DNA of 55,774 nucleotides, taken from Parcubacteria group bacterium RIFCSPLOWO2_01_FULL_48_18. GTDB lineage: Bacteria > Patescibacteriota > Minisyncoccia > UBA6257 > WO2-01-48-18. The stretch lies in contig MHXH01000026.1 in assembly GCA_001824435.1 (NCBI GenBank), positions 1 through 55,774 of the forward strand. Direction: 5' to 3'. Positions 38,796-47,561 of this stretch are shown here, piece by piece. The notes under the pieces were generated by a model that saw only the letters and a list, made by a program, of their open reading frames with translations, searched no databases and was not told the DNA's origin. The translations under genes were made by a program, and so were the position numbers. Within the stretch, counting starts at the first letter, position 1. Each line of letters starts with the position of its first letter.

Positions 38796-38871
38796 ATAGA
38801 AACCTTTAACCCTTGATCCTTAACCCTTGACGTTTTTTTGTCAATGGTCAACGGTCAATGGTCTTGTTATT

Positions 38872-39492
38872 TTACCTCGAATAAAAATCTACCACAAGGC
38901 CCATATCGAACACGCTCTCTGCAAACGGTGGCAGCTTTATCACTTTCCCCGAACATGAATCTTTCGCCACACGAAGCCATTCTGGCGGTTCATACTTTTG
39001 AAGCCTCACAGCCAAGTCTTCAAATGGTTTGATGCCCCGAGACTGGGGACGGATCAAAACGACATCGCCCGGTTTTACCTGATACGACGGAATCATAACT
39101 TTCTTATCGTTGACTAGTATATGACCGTGGCTTACTAACTGCCTCCCGACACTGCGAGAGATGGCAAAACCAAGGCGATACACGACATTATCCAATCTTA
39201 GTTCAAGTTTTTGCATCATCAGCTCCCCGGTCGCGCCATGCGCCCTGGAGGCTTCTTTAAAATAGTTTTTAAACTGCGCCTCTCTCAACCCGTAGCTCCA
39301 TTTAATCTTTTGTTTTTCAATAAGCTGCTGGCCATACTCCGAAACTCTCCGTCGCCTTTTCTTGCCGTGGACTCCCGGCGGATACGGTTTCTTCACGACC
39401 GCGCTCTTCGGAGAAAACGAACGCTCCCCTTTCAAAAAAAGGTTTGTACCAACTGCCCTTGATTTTTTTTCTTTGGGTTCTTGTTTGGGCAC
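38872..39492 (-). CDS. rpsD: 30S ribosomal protein S4
   Basis: PPGVHG, SEYGQQL.EKQK, LELRLDNVVYRLG, RQLVSHGH. Confidence 0.98.
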   Translation of the reverse strand: MPKQEPKEKKSRAVGTNLFLKGERSFSPKSAVVKKPYPPGVHGKKRRRRVSEYGQQLIEKQKIKWSYGLREAQFKNYFKEASRAHGATGELMMQKLELRLDNVVYRLGFAISRSVGRQLVSHGHILVNDKKVMIPSYQVKPGDVVLIRPQSRGIKPFEDLAVRLQKYEPPEWLRVAKDSCSGKVIKLPPFAESVFDMGLVVDFYSR

Positions 39493-39587
39493 TTTCTGGC
39501 TTGTAGCTTGTAACTTGTAGCTTGTTAGAAAAATTTACTATTTATTCTACTCTAAAAAGCTAAGAAGCTACCAGCTAGGAAGCTCGA

Positions 39588-40040
39588 TCAAACGCGTCTG
39601 GGCTTGGGCGGCCTGGGACCATTATGCGGCATCGGTGTAACGTCTTTGATGGAAACAATATCAAACCCTCGATTCGCCAATGTCTTAATTGCCGAATCAC
39701 GACCGCTGCCAATACCCTTAACGTACACGCTTACTTTCATCGGACCGGCTTTCCTCAGTTTTTCTACAATGGCTTCCGCAACCTTCGACGCAGCAAATGG
39801 CGTCGCCTTTTTGGGACCGGAAATACCGAGCGAACCGGAAGAAGACCACGCCAATACATCCCCATCAACGTCAGTAACGGTAATGAACGTGTTGTTATAC
39901 GAAGCATTAATATATACCCTTCCAGCCGATACCCTTTTCTCCATCTCCTGCGCTTCTGCTTTCTTCAGTCCCGACTGCAACGCCTCGGTTTCTTTTAGCG
40001 CATCTTCGGTTGATTTTTGAAATATTTTCTTCTTGCCCAT
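39588..40040 (-). CDS. rpsK: 30S ribosomal protein S11
   Basis: ASYNNT, KKATPFAA, DVTPMPHNG.RPPKPRRV. Confidence 0.98.
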   Translation of the reverse strand: MGKKKIFQKSTEDALKETEALQSGLKKAEAQEMEKRVSAGRVYINASYNNTFITVTDVDGDVLAWSSSGSLGISGPKKATPFAASKVAEAIVEKLRKAGPMKVSVYVKGIGSGRDSAIKTLANRGFDIVSIKDVTPMPHNGPRPPKPRRV

Positions 40041-40311
40041 GCCAATTTTGTCGAAATTTTGGAGCGAAACTTGCTCGCCCGCCTAAATTTTTGCCTTGCA
40101 AAAACTTGGGCGGGTGAATGAACAAAATTCCGCTACAAAATTGAGCATTCTGAGCGAAGCCGCGTCAGGCGCGGCGGAGCCGAAGAATTACAGCGTTGAA
40201 ACCCTTCGACAAGTCATTCGACCCTGAGAGTCTCAGACTCGATGAGCTCAGAGTAAAGGTTTTGTTGCCAAATTTCGTGCGCCTTCGGCTTCGAAATTTG
40301 GACAAAATCCT
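40041..40311. repeat. Composite REP-like spacer element, copy 2, with nested insertions
   Basis: Paralogue of 37811-38015. Confidence 0.85.
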
Positions 40312-40695
40312 TTACTTCAGTTCCACTTTTCTCTTTCCGCTTCCGACCGTTTTACGCACATTCCCCCTGACGGTCCTCGAGTTTGTTCGTGTCCGCTGTC
40401 CCCGAACGGGAAGGCGACGCATATGCCGCAGTCCACGGTATGCTTTAATATCAATTAATCGCCGGATGTTCTGACTGCGTTCCCGCCTCAGCTCTCCTTC
40501 GATTTTCAAACTTTTTTCAATCACCCCCTTAATCCTGCTCACCTCATCAGGAGTAAACTGGGACGCACGCTTGTACAAATCAACATTGGCCTGCTGTAAT
40601 ATTTTTACCGCCGCAGAACGGCCGATGCCGTAAATATAAGTAAGCGCGATCTCCGCGCGCTTAGTGTCCGGAATATTTACACCGACAATTCTCAT
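40312..40695 (-). CDS. rpsM: 30S ribosomal protein S13
   Basis: ALTYIYGIG, YRGLRH...LPVRGQRTRTNSRT. Confidence 0.98.
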   Translation of the reverse strand: MRIVGVNIPDTKRAEIALTYIYGIGRSAAVKILQQANVDLYKRASQFTPDEVSRIKGVIEKSLKIEGELRRERSQNIRRLIDIKAYRGLRHMRRLPVRGQRTRTNSRTVRGNVRKTVGSGKRKVELK

Positions 40696-40782
40696 ATGCT
40701 ACCAGCTTATTAGCTTGTAGCTTTTTAGCTTCTTAGGCGTGAAGCCCTACAAGCTACAGCTATACAAGCTCGCAAATTGCTA

Positions 40783-40896
40783 TCATCCTTGTCTCTGTTT
40801 ATGCTTCGGATTCTTGCATGTAATATAAACCTTCCTCTTTCTTCTGACAACATTGCAATTTTGGCAAATCTTTTTAACCGAAGAACGTACTTTCAT
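40783..40896 (-). CDS. rpmJ: 50S ribosomal protein L36 (below the track size cutoff)
   Basis: [37 protein letters not shown]. Confidence 0.97.
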   Translation of the reverse strand: MKVRSSVKKICQNCNVVRRKRKVYITCKNPKHKQRQG

Positions 40897-40992
40897 CGCT
40901 TCACTCCATCAACGAATATCGAATTTCTTACGAATAAACGAACAAACGAATTCGTTTATTCGTAAATTCGCAACGCATTCGTTATTCGTCGA
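40894..40992. repeat. 99-bp palindromic spacer element, copy 2
   Basis: 95/99 identical to 11140-11238. Confidence 0.92.
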
Positions 40993-41214
40993 CTATAATC
41001 TACGAACAATCCTTCCTCTCGCCCGATCGGGGCTCAATTCTACGGACACCCTATCCCCCGGCAGAATACGGATATAATTAAGACGCATCCTGCCCGACAG
41101 ATACGCCAGAATTAAACGATCATCTTCAAGGCGAACCCGAAAAGTCGTATTCGGCAGCGACTCTTCAACGAATCCCATCACCCTTTGAACACTTGCTTTT
41201 TCTCCTTTCAGCAT
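40993..41214 (-). CDS. infA: Translation initiation factor IF-1
   Basis: [16 protein letters not shown]...[13 protein letters not shown]. Confidence 0.97.
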   Translation of the reverse strand: MLKGEKASVQRVMGFVEESLPNTTFRVRLEDDRLILAYLSGRMRLNYIRILPGDRVSVELSPDRARGRIVRRL

Positions 41215-41228
41215 ATATACAAATGGGT

Positions 41229-41257
41229 ATATTAAATGATAATCCAATACCTGTCAA
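41229..41257 (-). promoter_or_regulatory. Promoter TTGACA-17-TAATAT for the infA-rpsI operon
   Basis: Consensus -35 and correct spacing. Confidence 0.7.
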
Positions 41258-41333
41258 CGGTCTCCTCTGCAACCCCTGCGTTCGAAAAACGATTATTCCC
41301 GCGGGTCGAGCCGTTTTGATCATCAGGCATGCT

Positions 41334-43040
41334 CTACTGCAAGGTTATTTTTATCCGGCTTGTATCTTTCGGAGCGGATCGCACCCAAAATGGCCACAAC
41401 GATATTTTCGCCTTCTCAAGCCCCGGAAGCGCAAAAATAATTTCTTTTAACGCAATTTCCTTTTTCCCCACGAGTTTTGTCCTCAACTCATCAATATCAA
41501 TATAACGGTAAAGGGTAGCTTGATAATTTACGGGAAAAGACGCCTTATTCGCTTTAAAATCTACTCGTGCGACGCCATACGTAAGCGCATCTTCTCTCAG
41601 TACGAGCTTGGCGCCGACCCCTTCTTCTGCCAACGCGTGCATCAACTGTTTCACCTCCGATTCTTTAAAAACCGCCGCGCGCAGCACGAACTTTCCCACG
41701 GCAGTAAACGTTTCAGCGGCGTCCCCAGCATTGTGGGAAAACGTAAGCGTGTCGAAAGTGCTCTCTTTGGCGCCGTCGATTAATACGAAACCCTCGGGCA
41801 GTTTCAATTCAAACTCCTTTTCCGACGACTCTTGAAGCGCCAGTGAGATCTCAGCTTTTGCGCTGTCCAAGTCCTGCTTCGTCACCACGTGCGCCTCTCC
41901 AATAAAACCTCCAGCCATCGGCTCCTTGGATTCGGCGTAAAATGACTGGTATTTGGGCGTTCCTTGAAATCCCGGAATTGAAAAACGGCTCACCGGCCCG
42001 ATGTTATATTCCGGTCCAGTCCGATCAGCGGTTACCGCGGCTGCGATCGACGACGGAATGATTTTGCCGTCTTGAATTTTCGCGCCCGGTATCTGAATCG
42101 CCTTGTCCAACCGGAACAACTTCCCATCGGACGTAAGGAATCTGGTCGTTGCCACAAGCGTCTGCGAATCAGAACTAAAACTGTTATAAATAATAATCTG
42201 CCCCTTTGCTTTTCGCTGAATCTCCTGCCTGCCGCTTGCCGGAAAATCCCTAGGGTCGCTGCTTTTAGAAAAGCTGAGCGCTTGAAGGCCGATGGCGGGC
42301 GGATTTGTCGCAAGTTCCGTGCGGCCGACTTCTGCAGTAATTGCATCTTTGAAATCAAAGCGTATCTCTTTCACGTCAATCTCAATAGCAGCGCGCGGCA
42401 AACGAGTAACCGCAAGAAAACCGCCCGCTCCTGCAAAAAGGACGATCGCCGCCGCCGTCAAAACTTTCATTGCGCGGAACCCAAGGTTTGGTTTCGATTC
42501 TGGCGGCAATGCCTCGGCAACTACATCTTCTCCCTTCGACGGCTCAATCGCAGCGGCAACTGCACCTTGAGGTGTCTCAATGTTTGGGAAGGACTCTTGC
42601 AATCCGCCCCCTTTTTCTCTCTTATATCGGGACAGTTTTTTGCCCGCAACCGGCGGTGTCGCCGTCTCTTCCAAATATTCTTTGGCGGAATCCTTGCCTA
42701 CGGCGCGCAGCCTTTGATCAATCCCGGTATCCCCCGAAACGCGCGGCGGTAAAATGTCGGAAAAACTCCTCCGAATAACCGAAGAAACGCCCCTGGCGGG
42801 AACTATCTGAAAACCCGCCTCCACGGCCATCTTCCGAACCGACTCGCTCTCGGATTCAATGACAACCTTCTTATCGCTGCTCTCGCTTTCTCTTTTGAGC
42901 AACCGGAAATTCAGAAAGCTGCTGCCGAACTCCGATATTTTCGGTACAACCAAAATAACTTCCTCGGACCCTGCGCCGATTACTCTTTCTACAATCGCCG
43001 ACAGCTCATCTTTTGATTTTATAATAATGCGGTCTACCAA
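41334..43040 (-). CDS. Bitopic membrane protein with a baseplate-J-like extracellular region
   Basis: TM followed by KAKGQIIIYN, LVATTRF...GKLFRL, VTAD..GPEYNI, MAGG; family recognised by eye. Confidence 0.7.
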   Translation of the reverse strand: MVDRIIIKSKDELSAIVERVIGAGSEEVILVVPKISEFGSSFLNFRLLKRESESSDKKVVIESESESVRKMAVEAGFQIVPARGVSSVIRRSFSDILPPRVSGDTGIDQRLRAVGKDSAKEYLEETATPPVAGKKLSRYKREKGGGLQESFPNIETPQGAVAAAIEPSKGEDVVAEALPPESKPNLGFRAMKVLTAAAIVLFAGAGGFLAVTRLPRAAIEIDVKEIRFDFKDAITAEVGRTELATNPPAIGLQALSFSKSSDPRDFPASGRQEIQRKAKGQIIIYNSFSSDSQTLVATTRFLTSDGKLFRLDKAIQIPGAKIQDGKIIPSSIAAAVTADRTGPEYNIGPVSRFSIPGFQGTPKYQSFYAESKEPMAGGFIGEAHVVTKQDLDSAKAEISLALQESSEKEFELKLPEGFVLIDGAKESTFDTLTFSHNAGDAAETFTAVGKFVLRAAVFKESEVKQLMHALAEEGVGAKLVLREDALTYGVARVDFKANKASFPVNYQATLYRYIDIDELRTKLVGKKEIALKEIIFALPGLEKAKISLWPFWVRSAPKDTSRIKITLQ

Positions 43041-43122
43041 GGCATATATCTGCCACTGGGACTTAACCAGGGGTCATTAGAGCTTGCTGTAGCTACCTAA
43101 TACCCTGCTGACCAGCGGCTCA

Positions 43123-44325
43123 TCAAACTTCCAACCATCGTATTCGCTTATTCAGAAGACTGTTTAAATACTTTTCTCCGCGGTTTCCGTATAAAAACTC
43201 GGAAAGCAAAGCCGTCAATGAATTCGGCAACGGATGATTTAATTTTAACTGCACGGAAAGAAAATCGGGGCGCAGTACAATAACCTCGGGGGCGGTTTTA
43301 AAAATGGTTTTCGGCCACTTATGAGCCTTCATTCGGGAAGCGACAAGCGGCGGCATCGCCTGTTCTTGATTAATGCAAATCGTCTGCGGCAATTGATGCT
43401 TCGGCTTCAACGATTCAAGCGCAATTTCAACTCCTTGAAAAAACAGAGACAATTCTGCGGCAAGGCTTTTTTCTATTTTTCTTCTTACGTTCATCGACAC
43501 GCGGCCGTCTGCGTATCGCTCAAGAATCTTTCTCGCCGTTGAAAGGCGAACGGTAAACAAATGTCCCATCGCATGGATGAGGCTCGAATTCCCCCATGTA
43601 AAATGCTGCTGGTAGATAAGATTTTCGCGGTCGACTACCGCTATTGCCGCCTGCGAATGGCTGACGCTTGCCACAACCGCGCTCTCCCGTTTTAAAAACC
43701 TCAACATCGCATTCACAAGCGCCGCATTACGCTCAATGACCAATTCTACGGGACGCGCAGGACCGAGCCGCTGACGAAACAAATGAATGAATCTCTTGGA
43801 TATAAACGTATTGGTGATATCAAATTCAACCAGTCGCGGCCGGAAGCCGGTCGGATTAATCACGCGGTGTCCGTCAAGACGTACCTCTTCGACTTTGGCA
43901 TCCGCCAGATGAAGGTCCAAATCATGAATACCCATCTTGGCGGAAATTGCCGACCTGCCCTTATCAAAAATGCGCCACTGAGCCTTAAACAGCAAATCCT
44001 CAAGTTCGGGCTCTTGAAGCGTGTTCCCCGTATTCATGCGGCTGACGGCCGCCTTCAACCGCGTGGTTACCGCGGCATCGTTATGCAACGCCAGCGCCAC
44101 CGATAGCCTTTTTTTGGTTTTAAAATAACCGAACGCGCGCAGCAGTTCGTCCATCAAAAGATCGCTCTGCTGCAAAGGAAAATTGAAATGGCGAACGGTT
44201 GCGTCAACTATTTTCACCGCGCCGTCCGGTATCGCCGCTTCCGCAATCGCAGCCCTGATTGTGCCGGGAAACGCCTCCGCGAAAAGAATCCGCTGTTTTT
44301 TCTTAAACGCGCCCAATAATCCCAT
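43123..44325 (-). CDS. Degenerate FtsA-like (actin-fold) protein
   Basis: VRLDGHRVINPTG, FTWG...I...M..LF...A.KI pattern; ATG 44325 follows a TATAAT box. Confidence 0.6.
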   Translation of the reverse strand: MGLLGAFKKKQRILFAEAFPGTIRAAIAEAAIPDGAVKIVDATVRHFNFPLQQSDLLMDELLRAFGYFKTKKRLSVALALHNDAAVTTRLKAAVSRMNTGNTLQEPELEDLLFKAQWRIFDKGRSAISAKMGIHDLDLHLADAKVEEVRLDGHRVINPTGFRPRLVEFDITNTFISKRFIHLFRQRLGPARPVELVIERNAALVNAMLRFLKRESAVVASVSHSQAAIAVVDRENLIYQQHFTWGNSSLIHAMGHLFTVRLSTARKILERYADGRVSMNVRRKIEKSLAAELSLFFQGVEIALESLKPKHQLPQTICINQEQAMPPLVASRMKAHKWPKTIFKTAPEVIVLRPDFLSVQLKLNHPLPNSLTALLSEFLYGNRGEKYLNSLLNKRIRWLEV

Positions 44326-44363
44326 AACATTCTTATTATATACTGCGGTGAGGCTCGCTACCA

Positions 44364-44432
44364 GTCCAAACAATAAACATAGAACCCTATGCAGCACCGC
44401 GCCGAAGCGCAAAGTTCGGAGCGCAACTCCGA
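44364..44432. repeat. Direct repeat, copy 1 (copy 2 at 45126-45191)
   Basis: gtccaaacaataaa(a)catagaaccc(t/c)atgcagc...gccg.agc.caa.gt.cgg. Confidence 0.8.
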
Positions 44433-44509
44433 CGTAACATCAGGACGCAATGCCCCGGAGATAAGCAATAAAAAAACCTCCTCAATAAGGAGGCGTTTTT
44501 TCGGGAGAA

Positions 44510-45022
44510 TTAATAGAGCGCTATGCTTGCTGCTAAATACAGAAGCGTCACCGATGTACGCCGCGCCTTATTATCATCAACTAGAAGTGGCTTATGCGCC
44601 ATATAGGTATACTGCAAGCCAAGAGAAATACCAACGCCATCTCTGCTAAAAACGCCGATTGCGCTAGACAATGTTGGATAAATTCCTCCATTGGTAGCTA
44701 TAGTAGGACCGAGTCCGCCGCCAAACATCAGTACTCTCGGAAAATCACACTGCGTACCATCACAGGCATAGAGCTTCCAACTCTTTCTAAAATCGAACTC
44801 GACAGAAAGCAGCCCGGCATTTTTATCACCCTTTAATACGGCTGCGCTTAACCTTGGTCCAATTACAGCTTTTTCGCCTGTGCGGTAAAAAAGACCGGCT
44901 CCCACGTAAGGTCTTACTTGGGTTGATATACCGCCATCGAATATCGATACCTGAGCCTTCGCTTCATTTATGGTGAGCAAAACAAAAGTAAGGGCTAATA
45001 GATAATTCCTAGCACTTCTCAT
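44510..45022 (-). CDS. Secreted beta-rich protein resembling a small outer-membrane beta-barrel
   Basis: Signal peptide ending AKA-Q, amphipathic strands (RPYVGAGL, FGGGLG, ISLGLQYTY), terminal Tyr; AAAGGAG RBS; terminator at ~44469-44502. Confidence 0.65.
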   Translation of the reverse strand: MRSARNYLLALTFVLLTINEAKAQVSIFDGGISTQVRPYVGAGLFYRTGEKAVIGPRLSAAVLKGDKNAGLLSVEFDFRKSWKLYACDGTQCDFPRVLMFGGGLGPTIATNGGIYPTLSSAIGVFSRDGVGISLGLQYTYMAHKPLLVDDNKARRTSVTLLYLAASIALY

Positions 45023-45315
45023 GGATTCCTTACTCCTTTCGTTGATTCAGTTTTTAATCGGATAGTAGCCCCGTGCTACTACCACCAAAGACAAGAGTAG
45101 CACGCAATATCATAGCAGGCCAAGGGTCCAAACAATAAAACATAGAACCCCATGCAGCCACGTGCCGGAGCACAAGGTGCGGGGACCCCCGAGTGTATAA
45201 CAATTTAACTTTCAACGGGTCCCCCTTTGTATAAGACGGCCTATTTATCTTTCTCGAACTTTGCTGTACGATTGAAAGTAGAAACTTACATCTTGAGGTT
45301 CAACGAGGCGCCGAA

Positions 45316-45870
45316 ATGAACCGGCAGAAATGGTTAGGGCCGCTTCTATTCGATTACGCCGATGTCGCCACCAAAGAAAAATGGAAGCTGATAGCACGAG
45401 TGATGATGCTCAATGCGATAGCGGTGCCGGTTCTTAGTATAATTTCCTATCTCGTCTTGGACGAAAAGCTTAATCTAATTTCAGCTTACCCACAGTTCTT
45501 TTACCCTCTTTCCAGATTCTTCGAATTTTTTGAAAGCAGCGCTTTACAGCCTGCGGTAATGGAAGAGCTTTTTTATCGAACGGCCGTCTGGTTTTTTACG
45601 GTCAATACAATCAAGTTTTATTCACGGAACAAGGACCTTACCTCGCTGTTCCTGTGGCTCGCCATTATTATCCCTAGCGCTTATTGGGCCATCGTATCTC
45701 ATCCGATTGCTCCGCCGGTATTTTTTGCGGGCATCACATGGGGCTGGCTTGTAGCCAAGACCAAATCATGGTGGCCGGCAGTTATCTCTCACGTGCTGAG
45801 CAACACTTTCATTTTCTTCATCGCGAAGGTATTAAATTTGATCGCTCCGCAGTTCCTCAAAAATCTATAA
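45316..45870 (+). CDS. CPBP (CAAX/Abi) intramembrane glutamic endopeptidase
   Basis: PAVMEELFYR, W.IVSH, HVLSN motifs. Confidence 0.85.
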   Translation: MNRQKWLGPLLFDYADVATKEKWKLIARVMMLNAIAVPVLSIISYLVLDEKLNLISAYPQFFYPLSRFFEFFESSALQPAVMEELFYRTAVWFFTVNTIKFYSRNKDLTSLFLWLAIIIPSAYWAIVSHPIAPPVFFAGITWGWLVAKTKSWWPAVISHVLSNTFIFFIAKVLNLIAPQFLKNL

Positions 45871-45909
45871 CCCTTGCTATAAACAGCGGGGTTTTTTGCT
45901 GCGGTGGCG

Positions 45910-46299
45910 TCACCGAATCAAGGCATTCCAGTCTGAAGAAAATCGCTCAATTCCCTTATCGGTCAATTCATGATGAATGCCAAATTCATGCCAGGGTTTT
46001 TTAAGATCAGTATCCCGATATTCGATCGGCGCCAAATTGTCCGGTTTATATCTAAAACCTTTATCGGGCATCGGCAACCCTCTTTCGCTCCATTCTTTCA
46101 AAATCTTAAACGGCGCAGTTGCTATATCCGAACCGAGTTGTGTGGCATACAGCAAATGATCGAGGCTTCTCACGCTGGCGGTTAACGCCTCAACGTGGCT
46201 TGCCCCAAACACAGTCGAGGAGCTTGCCCCGAGCGCGGCCGAGGGGCCGAAGGTCCCGAGCGCAATCGAGGGGCCGTCGTCACCTCTATACATACGCAT
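45910..46299 (-). CDS. Hypothetical protein
   Basis: 129-aa ORF co-oriented with its upstream neighbours; no motif recognised. Confidence 0.45.
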   Translation of the reverse strand: MRMYRGDDGPSIALGTFGPSAALGASSSTVFGASHVEALTASVRSLDHLLYATQLGSDIATAPFKILKEWSERGLPMPDKGFRYKPDNLAPIEYRDTDLKKPWHEFGIHHELTDKGIERFSSDWNALIR

Positions 46300-46305
46300 A
46301 ATATT

Positions 46306-46355
46306 TTTAACTAGATAATTCCGACCAGCAAGCTGGTCGGAATTATCTAGTTAAA
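46306..46355. repeat. Perfect inverted repeat with 24-bp arms and a 2-nt loop
   Basis: tttaactagataattccgaccagc-aa-gctggtcggaattatctagttaaa. Confidence 0.95.
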
Positions 46356-46375
46356 GGAGGACTAGCCCTTGCGGG

Positions 46376-46918
46376 TTATAATTTCGTCTTTCGCTTCAAG
46401 GTATTAGCCGGCAGTAAATTCTTCAACCATTCCTTGTGTGATCTTAAATCGCCCACAGCACCGCCGTGATAAACTTGAATATAAACCATTCTCCCTTTGT
46501 AATAGATTTTTTCTTCGCCCTCCACGAATCCGCGTTTTTCAGAAGACTTATTTCGATAAAGCCAATGGTTCTTTCTATAACCATCCAATCCACGATGGAC
46601 TGATTTACCCGATCCCGCTCGAAGCGCTTCTTTGAGAAAGTCGAAGATTATATCCGCCTTGGGTCTTCGTACGGTCACGATCCCATAATAATTCAATCCG
46701 TAAACTGGTTGCTTTCGATAATAGTAGATGGCCTGCCCGATATTTTGTTCCTGCCCCGTGTATCTATCAATTATTTTGTAGTTCCCTTTCCTGTAATAGA
46801 TTGCCTTAAATCTCGGTAGAAATGGATCCACATACTTTTCGGGGTTTCCTCCATATCCTTTCGTCTTATCCTGACGTAAAGAAATTTCTCTGATTTTTGC
46901 TGTGTGTTTATTCCTCAT
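46376..46918 (-). CDS. DUF5680-like protein
   Basis: GQ..YY...PVYGLNYYG, FLKEAL, RG, GEEKI, YHGG pattern; ATG 46918 (MRNKH) preferred. Confidence 0.65.
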   Translation of the reverse strand: MRNKHTAKIREISLRQDKTKGYGGNPEKYVDPFLPRFKAIYYRKGNYKIIDRYTGQEQNIGQAIYYYRKQPVYGLNYYGIVTVRRPKADIIFDFLKEALRAGSGKSVHRGLDGYRKNHWLYRNKSSEKRGFVEGEEKIYYKGRMVYIQVYHGGAVGDLRSHKEWLKNLLPANTLKRKTKL

Positions 46919-46935
46919 GGCCCATGACGCTTTTT
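46915..46935 (-). repeat. secA-tail-like remnant KKRHGP-stop
   Basis: AAA AAG CGT CAT GGG CCA TGA; the stop overlaps the next ATG. Confidence 0.6.
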
Positions 46936-47129
46936 CGCGTTTAAATAATACCGCGCACGGATTTTTCTTTATCTTAAGCCGTTTTTCCAAGCCATGCACC
47001 TATCGAATTGGTTGGACTAAAGAAAATATCATAGGGATTATCGCCTCAATCCCTCAGTTTTAAATCTTTGACATGCAGTCCAGCCCATGCTAACTTTAAA
47101 CCAAATCACATCGGAAAGGAGATATCGCA

Positions 47130-47293
47130 ATGAAGGACCTCGGGAAAGCGATTGCAACAGTTGCTATTTGGGGTGGAACCGTAGTTCTTTCGTATCTTTC
47201 CATCAATTCGGGATCCTAACAGGACCTGGAGCGTTTCTGATGGTTCTTGGAGCCATTCTGCTCACAGCGGCACTCTGGAACCTCAGTTCTTAA
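47130..47293 (+). pseudogene. Small two-TM protein gene with an apparent 1-nt deletion
   Basis: TTGACA-17-TAACTT promoter and AAAGGAG RBS; MKDLGKAIATVAIWGGTVVLSYL continues in another frame as FHQFGILTGPGAFLMVLGAILLTAALWNLSS; 164 nt. Confidence 0.65.
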
Positions 47294-47508
47294 TCTCATC
47301 TCCCTGTATCCGCCCAGCTCACATGAGTATGGGTTTTTTTCTTATCCCTGCGTCATGTGACACTTCTTATATTTCTTCCCGCTGCCGCCCCGCACCGGAG
47401 TCCTTCGACCCATTCAATCTTATTCAGGGTCGCCCTGAAGAAATTGAAGGGCGACAAATTCAGGACACGGTGCGAGACTTCGCTTTATCTATACAAGTTA
47501 TTTTCGAA

Positions 47509-47529
47509 TTACTGCCCATGACAACGTTT
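47509..47529 (-). repeat. secA-tail-like remnant KRCHGQ-stop
   Basis: AAA CGT TGT CAT GGG CAG TAA. Confidence 0.7.
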
Positions 47530-47561
47530 GATGTGCGATACGAATAGGAAATACCCCATAA

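Noticed and set aside
41334-43040. Prophage or contractile injection system
   Set aside because: No sheath, tube, capsid, terminase or other baseplate genes are nearby.
46991-47019. Inverted partner of the 44364/45126 repeats forming a composite transposon
   Set aside because: Similarity is limited to about 11 bp with a mismatch, and there is no transposase or target-site duplication.
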